44,456 bases of DNA. Origin: Flavobacteriales bacterium (lineage in GTDB: Bacteria > Bacteroidota > Bacteroidia > Flavobacteriales_F > PHOS-HE28). The DNA is taken from positions 1 through 44,456 of the forward strand of contig JAHBUM010000002.1 in NCBI GenBank assembly GCA_019638075.1. Reading direction: 5' to 3'. How positions within the stretch are numbered: the first letter of the stretch is position 1; the number at the start of each line of letters is the position of its first letter. The notes beneath the pieces were generated by a model that was given only the letters and a program-made list of their open reading frames with translations, searched no databases and was not told where the DNA came from. The translations under genes and the position numbers were made by a program. This document shows, in pieces, positions 25,120-33,579 of the stretch.

Positions 25120-25125
25120 TTCCGG

Positions 25126-25198
25126 TGGTGCCTCCCAGAATCGAACTGGGGACACATGGATTTTCAATCCATTGCTCTACCAGCTGAGCTAAGGCACC
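25126..25198 (-). tRNA. tRNA-Phe (anticodon GAA)
   Basis: Reverse complement GGTGCCTTAGCTCAGCTGGTAGAGCAATGGATTGAAAATCCATGTGTCCCCAGTTCGATTCTGGGAGGCACCA folds into a canonical cloverleaf: 7-bp acceptor, D arm GCTC/GAGC, anticodon stem ATGGA/TCCAT with loop TTGAAAA, T arm CCCAG/CTGGG with TTCGATT. 73 nt; CCA is not encoded. Confidence 0.97.
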
Positions 25199-25244
25199 GA
25201 ACTTTGTCCACCACCGCTGGTACGGTATCCGGCGAACAGGGCGG

Positions 25245-25252
25245 CAAAGATA
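25245..25252 (-). promoter_or_regulatory. -7 promoter box TATCTTTG upstream of tRNA-Phe
   Basis: Perfect TAnnTTTG on the minus strand, 46 nt upstream of the mature tRNA 5' end. Confidence 0.4.
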
Positions 25253-25268
25253 GACAAGTGTTCGGACC

Positions 25269-26066
25269 ATGCCAGTAATGACCACGGATCTTGTGCTCGA
25301 TGTGGGGAATACCCGCACCAAGCTGGGTCTTTTCCCAGGCGGAAAGCTGCTGGAGCATGGCCATATCGCCAACGGCGACCTCGTTGCGCTGCGGGCTTTC
25401 GTGGCCGGTAGGAGGGTGGATGCGATCGTAACAGGCTCGACGGCCGCTGCGGATGCCCGCTTCATGGAGGCGTTGGGCACGATCGCCCCCACGGTGACCA
25501 TCACGGGTGCCTCGCCATCGCCCTTGCGCAACGCCTACGGCACGCAGCACACGCTGGGCGCCGATCGCCTGGCCAATGCGGTGGGCGCCCTGTGCCGCTT
25601 TCCCGGCCGTGCCGTGCTGGCCATCGACCTGGGCACCTGCCTTACCTACGACCTATGCCTGCCCGATGGCACCTATGCGGGCGGTGGCATATCGCCCGGC
25701 CTGCGCATGCGGGCGCAGGCCATGCACACGTACAGCGCGCGCCTGCCCTTGGTGGAACCCGGGGAGCGGCCTGCCTTGGTGGGCACCACTACCGAGGAAT
25801 CGCTCGCCGCCGGCATCCACTACGGCATCCTCGGCGAACTGGAAGGCCATGTCCGCCGCTTCCGCAATGAACATGCGCACCTGGCCGTTGTGCTCACCGG
25901 CGGAGATGCGCTGCGGTTCGTGCGCGGGTTGGAAAGTGGCATCTTTGCGCTCCCGCATCTGACCCTTGAGGGCTACCATGCACTGCTTCAACATCATCGT
26001 ACGCTGCACCGTGCTGCTGGCGCTGCTGGCTCCGGCGCGATCGGCGGGACAGGGGCAGCAGGGTAG
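25269..26066 (+). CDS. coaX: Type III pantothenate kinase
   Basis: LVLDVGNTRTKLGLF, GADRLANAVGA, AIDLGTCLTYD, GGGISPGLRMR, TGG motifs. The last ~30 codons (Ala/Gly-rich) overlap the next gene and may be a non-functional tail. Confidence 0.9.
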   Translation: MPVMTTDLVLDVGNTRTKLGLFPGGKLLEHGHIANGDLVALRAFVAGRRVDAIVTGSTAAADARFMEALGTIAPTVTITGASPSPLRNAYGTQHTLGADRLANAVGALCRFPGRAVLAIDLGTCLTYDLCLPDGTYAGGGISPGLRMRAQAMHTYSARLPLVEPGERPALVGTTTEESLAAGIHYGILGELEGHVRRFRNEHAHLAVVLTGGDALRFVRGLESGIFALPHLTLEGYHALLQHHRTLHRAAGAAGSGAIGGTGAAG

Positions 26067-27342
26067 TGGCTCGCCCTATTCGGCCTACGGGCTGGGCGAG
26101 TTCGTGGGTTCCACGCCGATGGCGCAGGCTGCGATGGGCGGTCTTGGCGCGGCCGTGGTGGACCCCGTGAGCACGGTACCCGCCAATCCGGCCTCCTATC
26201 CATCCCTGCTGCGCACCACGTTCGAGATGGGCCTTGGCGTACGTTCCAGTTCGCTGGTCTCCGCCACGGCGGAACGCAACGGGCGGCGTACCGACCTCAT
26301 GGGGCTGTCGCTCGGTGTGCCGTTCGGCAACGGGCGCTGGGGCATGGGCATCGTGGTGCGGCCCGTGAGCAAGGTGAACTATCTGCTTACCGAAACACGC
26401 GCCATTCCCGGTGCCACGGGCGATGCCACCTTCACCTATGCCGGTGATGGCGGCCTCAGTCAGGCATTGATCGGGGCGGGCCTGGTGGTGAGCCAGAAGC
26501 GCGATTCGCTGGCGAACGGCCACCGGCTTTCGGTGGGGGCCAACCTGGGCTACCTCTTCGGCCGCATCGAGTCGTTGCGCTCGGCGACCTTCCCATCGGG
26601 TCAGGGCCTTTACGCCACGCACATCTCCAGCACGCTCATCGTGCGCGATCCCACGGTGGACGTGGGGCTGCAGTACCAAGGTGATCTGCGGAAGCGGAAG
26701 CGGAGGGAGGACAAGGGCTGGTACTACCTGGCCGGTGTGGCCGCCGAGCTTCCGATGGAGCTGAGGGCGCGGCGAACGGAGGTGGCGAACACCTACGGCT
26801 TCACTTCGGGGGGCGTGGAGGTGCCGTTGGACACTGCGTTCTTCACGGAAGGGCGTTCGGGCCGCATCGGTCTGCCGCTGGGCCTCAGCGCGGGGTTCAC
26901 CGTCTTCAACGAACACTGGACCATCGGCGTGGAATACCGCCAGCGTGACTGGGCCACATTGTCGGTGAGCGATGCGGGCTACCGTCCTGCCGGGCAGCTG
27001 GCGAACAACACCACCTTCATCGTGGGCGCTTCCTACCGTGCCAGTACCGAAGCCATCGGCGACATCTGGAAGCGTGTGGTCTACCGCGCGGGGCTTCGCC
27101 TGAGCGATGATTATCTGAAGGTGGGTGATACCCAATTGCAGGACCGGGGTGTAAGCCTCGGGATCTCGCTGCCGCTCATGTCCGCCACCACCCGCAGCCG
27201 GTTGAACATCGGCGGCGAGTTCGGCGAACGGGGCACCACGGACAACGGCCTCATCCGCGAGCGCTATGCCACGCTGCTGGTGGGCGTCACCATCACGCCC
27301 GATCTGCGCGAAGGCTGGTTCAAGAAGCGCCGCATCGATTGA
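25978..27342 (+). CDS. Putative outer-membrane beta-barrel protein (FadL/porin-like)
   Basis: Trimmed to MHCFNIIVRCTVLLALLAPARSAGQ (signal peptide). Alternating beta-strand pattern, aromatic-rich strands, Gly-rich loops and C-terminal ...ATLLVGVTITP. It occupies the conserved position between coaX and lptC. Confidence 0.55.
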   Translation: MHCFNIIVRCTVLLALLAPARSAGQGQQGSGSPYSAYGLGEFVGSTPMAQAAMGGLGAAVVDPVSTVPANPASYPSLLRTTFEMGLGVRSSSLVSATAERNGRRTDLMGLSLGVPFGNGRWGMGIVVRPVSKVNYLLTETRAIPGATGDATFTYAGDGGLSQALIGAGLVVSQKRDSLANGHRLSVGANLGYLFGRIESLRSATFPSGQGLYATHISSTLIVRDPTVDVGLQYQGDLRKRKRREDKGWYYLAGVAAELPMELRARRTEVANTYGFTSGGVEVPLDTAFFTEGRSGRIGLPLGLSAGFTVFNEHWTIGVEYRQRDWATLSVSDAGYRPAGQLANNTTFIVGASYRASTEAIGDIWKRVVYRAGLRLSDDYLKVGDTQLQDRGVSLGISLPLMSATTRSRLNIGGEFGERGTTDNGLIRERYATLLVGVTITPDLREGWFKKRRID

Positions 27343-27348
27343 CGGCCC

Positions 27349-27930
27349 ATGGACAGGCCGCTCCGATCCATCCTCATCACGGTAAGCATCGCTTTTGCCG
27401 CCTGCCAGAACGATCTGGACAAGGTGGCCGCCGTTGAAGTGCAGCAGACCGCGCCGGACCGCATCACCACGCAGGCCGAATACCTGCAGAGCGACAGTGG
27501 CCGCGTGACGAACCGGCTGCGCGCGGGCCGCATCGCCCAATGGTCCACCGGCGACCGGGAGCGCACCGAGATGAGCGAGGGCGTGGAACTCGTCTTCTTC
27601 GATCGCGACGGCGAACAGCAGAGCCAGCTCACCGCGCGGCGCGGCCTCATCCTGCCGAAGGAGAAGCGCATGGAGGTGTACGAGCAGGTGGTGTTCGTGA
27701 ACCACAAGGGCGAGCGGCTGGAGACGGAACAGCTCACGTGGTACGAGGACAGCGCACGCGTGCGTACCGACAAGGCCGTGCGCGTGCAGCGCGGGCACGA
27801 CGTGATCCACGGCATGGGCCTCGATGCCGCCGAGGATTTCAGCAGCTATGTGATCCACAACATCACCGGGCAGTTGTATGTGCCGGATGAAGATACAAGT
27901 CGGCAGCAGGCAGTAGGCAGCGGGCAGTAG
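27349..27930 (+). CDS. lptC: LPS export ABC transporter periplasmic protein LptC
   Basis: 193 aa. Lipoprotein-like N-terminus (ITVSIAFAAC). The OstA/LptC beta-jellyroll pattern repeats (AEYLQSDSGRV...; MSEGVELVFFDRDGE...; VVFVNHKGERLETEQLTWYEDSARVRTDKAVRVQRG). The last 10 codons lie in a hairpin element. Confidence 0.8.
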   Translation: MDRPLRSILITVSIAFAACQNDLDKVAAVEVQQTAPDRITTQAEYLQSDSGRVTNRLRAGRIAQWSTGDRERTEMSEGVELVFFDRDGEQQSQLTARRGLILPKEKRMEVYEQVVFVNHKGERLETEQLTWYEDSARVRTDKAVRVQRGHDVIHGMGLDAAEDFSSYVIHNITGQLYVPDEDTSRQQAVGSGQ

Positions 27931-27974
27931 GCAGCAGGCCCGGTCAGGGCATTTGCTGCTGACTGCCTACTGCC
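27902..27974. repeat. Word-periodic hairpin element: five tandem heptamers GCAG[CT][AG]G, then GCTGCTGACTGCCTACTGCC
   Basis: Heptamers GCAGCAG-GCAGTAG-GCAGCGG-GCAGTAG-GCAGCAG at 27903-27937. A 15-bp stem (one bulge) pairs 27923-27937 with 27959-27974. It supplies the lptC stop codon. Confidence 0.8.
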
Positions 27975-28006
27975 AACTTGAGCTCCCCCCGCTACCTTCG
28001 TCGCCG

Positions 28007-28219
28007 ATGCGCAAGTTGAACAAGTTCATGGAGCACTTCTGGCTCGCCGTGGCCATCGGAACCGCGCTGGCCGCAGCGTGGGTCATCATCGCCGAAGGTT
28101 TCGAGGCCGGGAAGAACTGGCTGTGGTTCCCCGGCATCGCGCTGGCCATGTATTTCATGCGCCGCTTCATGCGTGGCAGGCTTGAGGCGCTGGACGACCG
28201 GCACAACGCGAAGGGGTAG
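28007..28219 (+). CDS. Small (70 aa) two-TM membrane protein
   Basis: Trimmed to MRKLNKFMEHFWLAVAIGTALAAAWVIIAEGFEAGKNWLWFPGIALAMYFMRRFMRGRLEALDDRHNAKG. A TACCTTCG -7-like box (27993-28000) sits 6 nt upstream. Confidence 0.55.
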   Translation: MRKLNKFMEHFWLAVAIGTALAAAWVIIAEGFEAGKNWLWFPGIALAMYFMRRFMRGRLEALDDRHNAKG

Positions 28220-28220
28220 G

Positions 28221-28343
28221 GTTCGTTGTCGGTTGTCGGTTTTCAGTTGTCAGGGAATGCCTTCTTCCGCAGCTTCGATGGAACACAGAAGCTGCCCGGC
28301 AGTGTCCACCAAGGAGCCTGACAACTGGCAACCGACAACTGCC
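28221..28343. repeat. MITE-like element, copy B (heptamers GTTGTCG-GTTGTCG-GTTTTCA-GTTGTCA ... TGACAAC-TGGCAAC-CGACAAC)
   Basis: 11-bp perfect pairing of 28244-28254 with 28317-28327, plus 9 bp of 28233-28241 with 28330-28338. The ~62-nt interior has its own hairpin GCAGCTTC..GAAGCTGC. It is homologous to 10960-11059. Confidence 0.8.
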
Positions 28344-28378
28344 CCCTACCTTCGCCAACAGCCCTTCCGCCACCCGCC

Positions 28379-29659
28379 TTGCCCTTCACCGGAACCGACC
28401 TGATCCTTCTGCTCGCCGCCATTGCCGTATCGGCGTTGTGTTCGGGGCTGGAGATCGCCTTCGTGAGCAGCAACAAGCTGTACATCGAGCTGGAGCGCAA
28501 CCGGGGCGCCATCTGGGCGCGGCTGGTATCGGGGCTGCTGAAGCGGCCCGCGCGCGTGATCGGCGCGCTGCTGGTGGGCAACAACCTGGCGCTGGTGCTT
28601 TACGGCCTTCTCATGGCGAAGCTGCTTCAGCCGTGGCTGGCGGGTCTTGGCTACGGCGCGGTGTTCGTGCTGGCGATGCAGACGGTGCTGAGCACCCTGT
28701 TGATCCTGGTGGTGGGCGAGTTCCTGCCGAAGACCGTGTTCCGCATCGACCCCAACACCAGTTTGAGCGTGTTCGCCCTGCCGTTGCGGATCCTCTTCAT
28801 CGTGCTTTGGCTGCCGATGATGGTGATGACCGGCCTGAGCGAGCTGATCCTCCGCCTGCTTGGAGTGCGCAGCAGGCCGGGCAGCATGGCCTTCGGGCGC
28901 GTGGACCTCGATGAGTTCCTGAAGGACGTGACCGCGAACCAGGCCAATGATGCGGACATGGACGCCGAGGTGGAGTACTTCCGCAACACCCTCGAACTGA
29001 GCAGCACCAAGGTGCGCGACCTGATGGTGCCGCGCGCAGAGATCGAAGCCATCGAGGTGGATGGGCCGGTGAGCGTGCTGCAACAGCGCTTCGTGGAGAG
29101 CGGCCTGAGCAAATTGCTCGTGTACCGGAAGAGCATCGATGATGTGATCGGTTATGTGCATGGCTACGAGCTCTTCAAGCGCCCGCGCACCATCCGGTCG
29201 GTGATGCGGCCGGTCAACTTCATCCCGGGCACCATGCCTGCCGATGAAGTGCTGCAGATGTTCATCAAGCAGCGCACGCACGTGGCGGTGGTGGTGGATG
29301 AGTATGGCGGCACGGCGGGCATGCTCACCATGGAGGACGTGGTGGAGACCATCGTGGGCGACATCGAGGACGAGCACGACGTGCCGGAAGAGGTGGAGGA
29401 ACGGTTGGGGCCGAACGAATTCCTGTTCAGTGCGCGCATGGAGGTGGCCCACCTGATCGGCGCGCACCGCCTCGCGCTGCCCGAAAGCGAAGCGTACGAC
29501 ACGCTGGCCGGTTACATCCTGCACAGCACGGGCGACATCCCCGAGCAGGGGCAGGTGATCGAGCTGCCACCGTTCCGCTTCACCATCGCACAGGTGATCC
29601 ACGGCCGGGTGGACCTTGTGCGCTTGGAGGTGACCGATCCGCAGAGCGGGTTCTTGTAG
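28379..29659 (+). CDS. CNNM/HlyC-CorC family transporter (DUF21 TM domain + CBS pair + CorC_HlyC), GldE-like
   Basis: 426 aa, apparent TTG start. SGLEIAFVSSNK..., GEFLPKT, the CBS pair region (VRDLMVPRAEIEAIEV..., VMRPVNFIPGTMPADEVLQMFIKQRTHVAVVVDEYGGTAGMLTMEDVVE) and a C-terminal transporter-associated domain. Confidence 0.88.
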   Translation: MPFTGTDLILLLAAIAVSALCSGLEIAFVSSNKLYIELERNRGAIWARLVSGLLKRPARVIGALLVGNNLALVLYGLLMAKLLQPWLAGLGYGAVFVLAMQTVLSTLLILVVGEFLPKTVFRIDPNTSLSVFALPLRILFIVLWLPMMVMTGLSELILRLLGVRSRPGSMAFGRVDLDEFLKDVTANQANDADMDAEVEYFRNTLELSSTKVRDLMVPRAEIEAIEVDGPVSVLQQRFVESGLSKLLVYRKSIDDVIGYVHGYELFKRPRTIRSVMRPVNFIPGTMPADEVLQMFIKQRTHVAVVVDEYGGTAGMLTMEDVVETIVGDIEDEHDVPEEVEERLGPNEFLFSARMEVAHLIGAHRLALPESEAYDTLAGYILHSTGDIPEQGQVIELPPFRFTIAQVIHGRVDLVRLEVTDPQSGFL

Positions 29660-29777
29660 GACAGGAGCATTGCCCCTGCCAACTGCTCCTGCCCTTCTTC
29701 CCCTCGCCGAAAAGATCATCGTTACCGCCTGAACATGAGCCGGAAACGAAGGCTTATCCCCGTACGGGACAGCCGCC

Positions 29778-29785
29778 TATATTTG
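29778..29785 (+). promoter_or_regulatory. -7 promoter box TATATTTG for the PpiD-like gene
   Basis: Perfect TAnnTTTG, 21 nt upstream of ATG 29807. It is preceded by the terminator-like hairpin CAGGAGCA..TGCTCCTG (29665-29694) downstream of the GldE-like gene. Confidence 0.55.
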
Positions 29786-29806
29786 CACCCCTATTCCTAA
29801 AAGGCA

Positions 29807-31897
29807 ATGGCAGTCATTGGCAAGATCCGCGAACGCGGAGGTCTGTTGGTCGGTATCACGCTCGTTTCGCTCGCGCTCTTCATCCTCGGCGATTGGCTGG
29901 CCGGGCGTGGGGGGGGCCAGCGCGATCCGGTCATCGGCACCGTGGATGGCGAGGAGGTCGGCATGAAGGAATTCGAGCGCCGCGTGAATGAGCAGGTGGA
30001 GCGTTATCGTGCGGGCGGCAACACGGTGAACAGCCAGCTGCAGGAGCAGATCCGCAACTCGGTTTGGACCGAGATCGTGCGTGAGAGCACCTTGAAGGCC
30101 CAGGCCGAAGAGGCCGGATTCGGCAGCGCCATCTGCCCCGAGGAACTGGAGGACATCCGCACCGGGAACAACATCTCTCCGATGTTCAAGAATGATCAGA
30201 GCCTGCGCGATCCCGCCACGGGCCAGCTCAACATCGAGAACCTGCGCCGGGGGCTGAAGAACCTGCAGGAGACCGATCCCATACGCTTCCGCGAGCTGAA
30301 CCGCAGCCTGTCCACCGAGCGCATCTACCAGAAGTACACCACCTTGGTGAAGAAGAGCGTGTACGTGAACAGCGCGCAGGCCAAGGATGATTACCTCACG
30401 AAGAACACCAAGGCTTCCTTCGCCTTCGTGGCCAAGCGCTACGACAGCGAACCCGACAGCCTGTACACCGTGGCCGACAAGGATCTGCGCCGCTATTACG
30501 ACCAGCACAAGAACGACCGCAAGTACCGCCAGCAGGCCGCGCGCAAGTTCGAGTACACGCTGTTCCCGGTAACGCCATCCGAAGCCGACCGCCAGGCGAC
30601 CATGGAGGAACTGGCCGAGTTGCGCCAGGGCCTGCTCACCAGCACGGACGACAGCTCGTACGTGGTGGCGAACAGCGATTCCCGCATGTACAACAAGACG
30701 CCGTACACCGAAGGCACGGCCGACAAGCTCAACGATTCGCTGATCGTACACGGGGCCGTGGGCACCGTGGTGGGCCCCTACCAGCAGGGCGACCAGTGGA
30801 AGCTGGTGAAGGTGACCGAGCTCGCCGATGTGCCCGAAGCGCGTGTGCGCCACATCCTCATAAGCACGCAGAACGGCAAGGCGGAGGACGTGCAGAAGAA
30901 GCTCGCGGACAGCCTGCTCACCGTGGTGAAGCGCGACCGCAGCAAGTTCACGGACATGGTGGTGAAATTCAGCGAGGATCCCGGTAGCAACACACAGGAG
31001 AAGGGCGGTGTGTACGAGTGGTTCGACAAGCAGCAGATGGTGCCGGAGTTCACCACCGCCAGCTTCGATGAGAAGGTGGGTGCCATCACCATCGCGAAGA
31101 CCAGCTATGGGTTCCACATCGTGGAAGTGCTGGGCCAGCGCAACCGTCAGGAGCGCCGCGTGGTGACGATCGAGCGCACGATGAAGCCCTCGCCCGCCAC
31201 CTTCAAGGAGGTGTACAGGAAGGCCAACGAGTTCAGCCTGCGCAACGCGGACCTCGCCAGCTTCAAGAAGGCGGCCGAAGAGCAGGGCCTGCAGGTGACG
31301 CCGGTGGACGAGCTGCGCAACGACCAACGCTATGTGCCCGGCCTGCAGGATGCCACCTCGGTGGTCACTTGGGTGAACCGTGCCGAAGTGGGCAAGCCGA
31401 GCGAACCCATCCAGAGCGGCGACAACTACGTGGTGGCCATCCTTACCGGTATCCGCAACGAAGGCGCACCGCAGTTGGATGATGTGCGCGAGATCTTCAC
31501 CAAGGAAGTGGTGAAGGAGAAGAAGGCCGAAGCGTGGACCGCCAAGATGCAGGGCAAGACCGACCTGAACGCGCTCGCGACCGAGCTCGGCACGGCCCAG
31601 CAGAACGCAACGGACCTCACGTACAGCGCCTTCAACCTCCCCGGCGGGTTCAGCGAATCCGAGGTGGTGGGCAAGGTGTTCGCCTTGGACAATGGCCAGA
31701 CCAGCGTGCCCCTGAAAGGCGAGACCGGCGTGTACGTGGTGAGCATGACCAACAAGACAGCCGCTCCCGAGCCGCAGGACCTGAACGTGGACCGGAAGGG
31801 CCTCGAACAGCGCGCCCAGTCCCGTGTTGATGGAGGCTTGTTCAACTCCCTGAAGGAAGCCGCCGGCGTGAAGGACGAGCGTTACAAGTACTACTGA
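29807..31897 (+). CDS. PpiD-like periplasmic chaperone / parvulin-type peptidyl-prolyl isomerase
   Basis: 696 aa. N-terminal MAVIGKIRERGGLLVGITLVSLALFILGD (PpiD-type anchor). SurA_N-like region. Parvulin domain ARVRHILIS...FSEDPGS...GGVYEWFDKQQMVPEFTTASF...KTSYGFHIVEVLG. Confidence 0.85.
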   Translation: MAVIGKIRERGGLLVGITLVSLALFILGDWLAGRGGGQRDPVIGTVDGEEVGMKEFERRVNEQVERYRAGGNTVNSQLQEQIRNSVWTEIVRESTLKAQAEEAGFGSAICPEELEDIRTGNNISPMFKNDQSLRDPATGQLNIENLRRGLKNLQETDPIRFRELNRSLSTERIYQKYTTLVKKSVYVNSAQAKDDYLTKNTKASFAFVAKRYDSEPDSLYTVADKDLRRYYDQHKNDRKYRQQAARKFEYTLFPVTPSEADRQATMEELAELRQGLLTSTDDSSYVVANSDSRMYNKTPYTEGTADKLNDSLIVHGAVGTVVGPYQQGDQWKLVKVTELADVPEARVRHILISTQNGKAEDVQKKLADSLLTVVKRDRSKFTDMVVKFSEDPGSNTQEKGGVYEWFDKQQMVPEFTTASFDEKVGAITIAKTSYGFHIVEVLGQRNRQERRVVTIERTMKPSPATFKEVYRKANEFSLRNADLASFKKAAEEQGLQVTPVDELRNDQRYVPGLQDATSVVTWVNRAEVGKPSEPIQSGDNYVVAILTGIRNEGAPQLDDVREIFTKEVVKEKKAEAWTAKMQGKTDLNALATELGTAQQNATDLTYSAFNLPGGFSESEVVGKVFALDNGQTSVPLKGETGVYVVSMTNKTAAPEPQDLNVDRKGLEQRAQSRVDGGLFNSLKEAAGVKDERYKYY

Positions 31898-31916
31898 GAT
31901 CCAGCATCCCTGAAGT

Positions 31917-31950
31917 GAAGAACGCCGGGCAACAGCCCGGCGTTCTTGTT
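31917..31950 (+). terminator. Intrinsic terminator of the PpiD-like gene
   Basis: AAGAAACGCCGGGC-aaca-GCCCGGCGTTCTT (10 bp + bulge + 3 bp) followed by GTT. It begins 20 nt after the stop codon. Confidence 0.65.
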
Positions 31951-31991
31951 CGGACCTCTTTCGCATTCGATCCCAAACCGCCGATGGTCAT

Positions 31992-32075
31992 GGTCGACAC
32001 GGATCACTGCCGTGCCATCCGTATTCATCCGTGGTCCGATCCGGGAAGGGAGTCGTCACGATCCTCTCCCTTCCA
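31992..32075. repeat. Partial copy of the CACGGAT/ATCCGTG-word element, plus hairpin GGAAGGGAG..CTCCCTTCC
   Basis: TCGACACGGATCACTGCCGTGCCATCCGTATTCATCCGTGGTCC aligns with 20056-20100 (TCGACACGGATCGATGGCTGCGGCATCTGTGTCCATCTGTGGTTC). A 9-bp hairpin lies at 32044-32074. Confidence 0.6.
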
Positions 32076-32129
32076 TCGTGCCCCTTGTGACAACACGTGG
32101 TTGCTTGCGCCGCCGTTATGAGCAGGGGA

Positions 32130-32534
32130 TCATCGGCCGGTCCGCTCGCCCCAGGCCACCCGGGCGCACAGTAGTGCTGTTACGGCCGTGATCGGCGCGA
32201 AGATCCACGCCTCTCTTGCATCCAGCGCGAACACGTTGCCCACGGTGTTCAACGCGAAGACGACCGTCATCGCCCAGAGACCCCAGCGTGCAAGGGAGCT
32301 CCACCGTGTACCGAACCGTCCGGCACGTGCCAGCGCGATCGCGATCATCGCCAAAAGGATGGAGAGGGAGACCAATGCACCCACTGTGCGCTCTTCAGCG
32401 TTCTTCAAGCGCCCGCCCCACACCATTTCCACGGGAATGAAACCGGCGAGCACGACCAGCTGGAAGAGTGCTGCGGCCACCAGCAGGCTCAGCAGGACCT
32501 TGGCAGCGGTAGGGAAGGAGAGCAACCTGCGCAT
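32130..32534 (-). CDS. Hypothetical 4-TM membrane protein
   Basis: 134 aa with four clear hydrophobic helices. Codon usage is consistent with the neighbours. No motif recognised. Confidence 0.55.
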   Translation of the reverse strand: MRRLLSFPTAAKVLLSLLVAAALFQLVVLAGFIPVEMVWGGRLKNAEERTVGALVSLSILLAMIAIALARAGRFGTRWSSLARWGLWAMTVVFALNTVGNVFALDAREAWIFAPITAVTALLCARVAWGERTGR

Positions 32535-32582
32535 GGCGCAAGATGTGCAAAGCTTGTTATCGTTGGGTTGCCGCCAGCGTAC

Positions 32583-33545
32583 TCAAGCCTTCATGGCCGC
32601 CTCCACCATGTTGCTGCTCCCGATGTACAGCGGTGTGCGTTGGTGCAGCTCGGTGGGCTTAAGGTCCAGGATGCGTGTGGTGCCGTCGGTGGCTTTCCCA
32701 CCGGCCTGTTCTGCAAGGAATGCGAGCGGGTTCGCCTCGTACAGCAGACGCAATTTGCCCTTGGGCGCTTTCTGTGTGCCGGGGTAGATGTAGATGCCGC
32801 CCTTGAGCAGGTTGCGGTGGAAGTCTGCCACGAGGCTGCCGATGTAGCGCGCGCTCATCTTCTTCTGCTTGCAGGCATCGATGTAGCTGCGCACGCCGTC
32901 GCTGAAGTCGAACCAGTTGCCCTCGTTGATCGAATAGATCTTGCCGTCGGCAGGCGTGGTCATGTTGGGGTGGCTCAGGCAGAAGGTGCCGATGCTGGGA
33001 TCCAGCGTGAAGCCGTTCACCCCGTGGCCTGTGCTGTACACCAGCATGGTGCTGCTGCCGTACACGATGTAGCCCGCCGCCACCTGCGCGCTGCCAGGCT
33101 GCAGGAAATCCTCCAACGTCGCCTTCGGCCCGGTGCTGATGCGCTTGTAGATGCTGAAGATGGTGCCGATGCTCACGTTCACATCGATGTTGCTGCTGCC
33201 ATCGAGCGGGTCCATCGCCACCACGTACTTGCCACCGTTGTCGAAGTGTACGATGTCGTCGTCCTCCTCGCTGGCCACGGCACATACGGCGCCCTGTGTC
33301 TTCATCATGCGGATGAAGAGGTCGTTGGCGTAGACATCGAGCTTCTGCTGTTGTTCGCCCTGCACGTTCTCGGTACCCTGTGCCCCGAGGATGTCGGCCA
33401 TCAGTCCGGCCTTGTTCACCTCGCGGTTCATGATCTTCCCGGCCAGCCGGAAGGCGGTGAGCAATGAGCTCAGGTCGCCGGACGCGCCGGTGAATTCGCT
33501 TTGGCGTTCAACGATGAATTCGGAAAGGGTCTTGATGTCGGCCAT
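32583..33545 (-). CDS. fbp: Class 1 fructose-1,6-bisphosphatase
   Basis: Trimmed to [18 protein letters not shown] (ATG 33545). FBPase signatures: [66 protein letters not shown]. Confidence 0.95.
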   Translation of the reverse strand: MADIKTLSEFIVERQSEFTGASGDLSSLLTAFRLAGKIMNREVNKAGLMADILGAQGTENVQGEQQQKLDVYANDLFIRMMKTQGAVCAVASEEDDDIVHFDNGGKYVVAMDPLDGSSNIDVNVSIGTIFSIYKRISTGPKATLEDFLQPGSAQVAAGYIVYGSSTMLVYSTGHGVNGFTLDPSIGTFCLSHPNMTTPADGKIYSINEGNWFDFSDGVRSYIDACKQKKMSARYIGSLVADFHRNLLKGGIYIYPGTQKAPKGKLRLLYEANPLAFLAEQAGGKATDGTTRILDLKPTELHQRTPLYIGSSNMVEAAMKA

Positions 33546-33579
33546 GGTGCAAAGATGCGGTGGTCTTTCCTTTGCGTGC

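Noticed and set aside
25008-25269. tRNA-Phe as an integration hotspot (looked for an integrase, a direct repeat of the tRNA 3' end, and an island boundary).
   Set aside because: Flanking genes are a conserved membrane protein and coaX. No integrase or duplicated tRNA 3' segment is visible in the window.
33546-33579. Palindromic CAAAGA...TCTTTCCTTTG in the 34-nt fbp/GNAT divergent spacer, as a shared operator.
   Set aside because: It is equally well explained as two back-to-back near-consensus -7 boxes (cATCTTTG on the minus strand, TTCCTTTG on the plus strand). There is no independent evidence for a regulator site.
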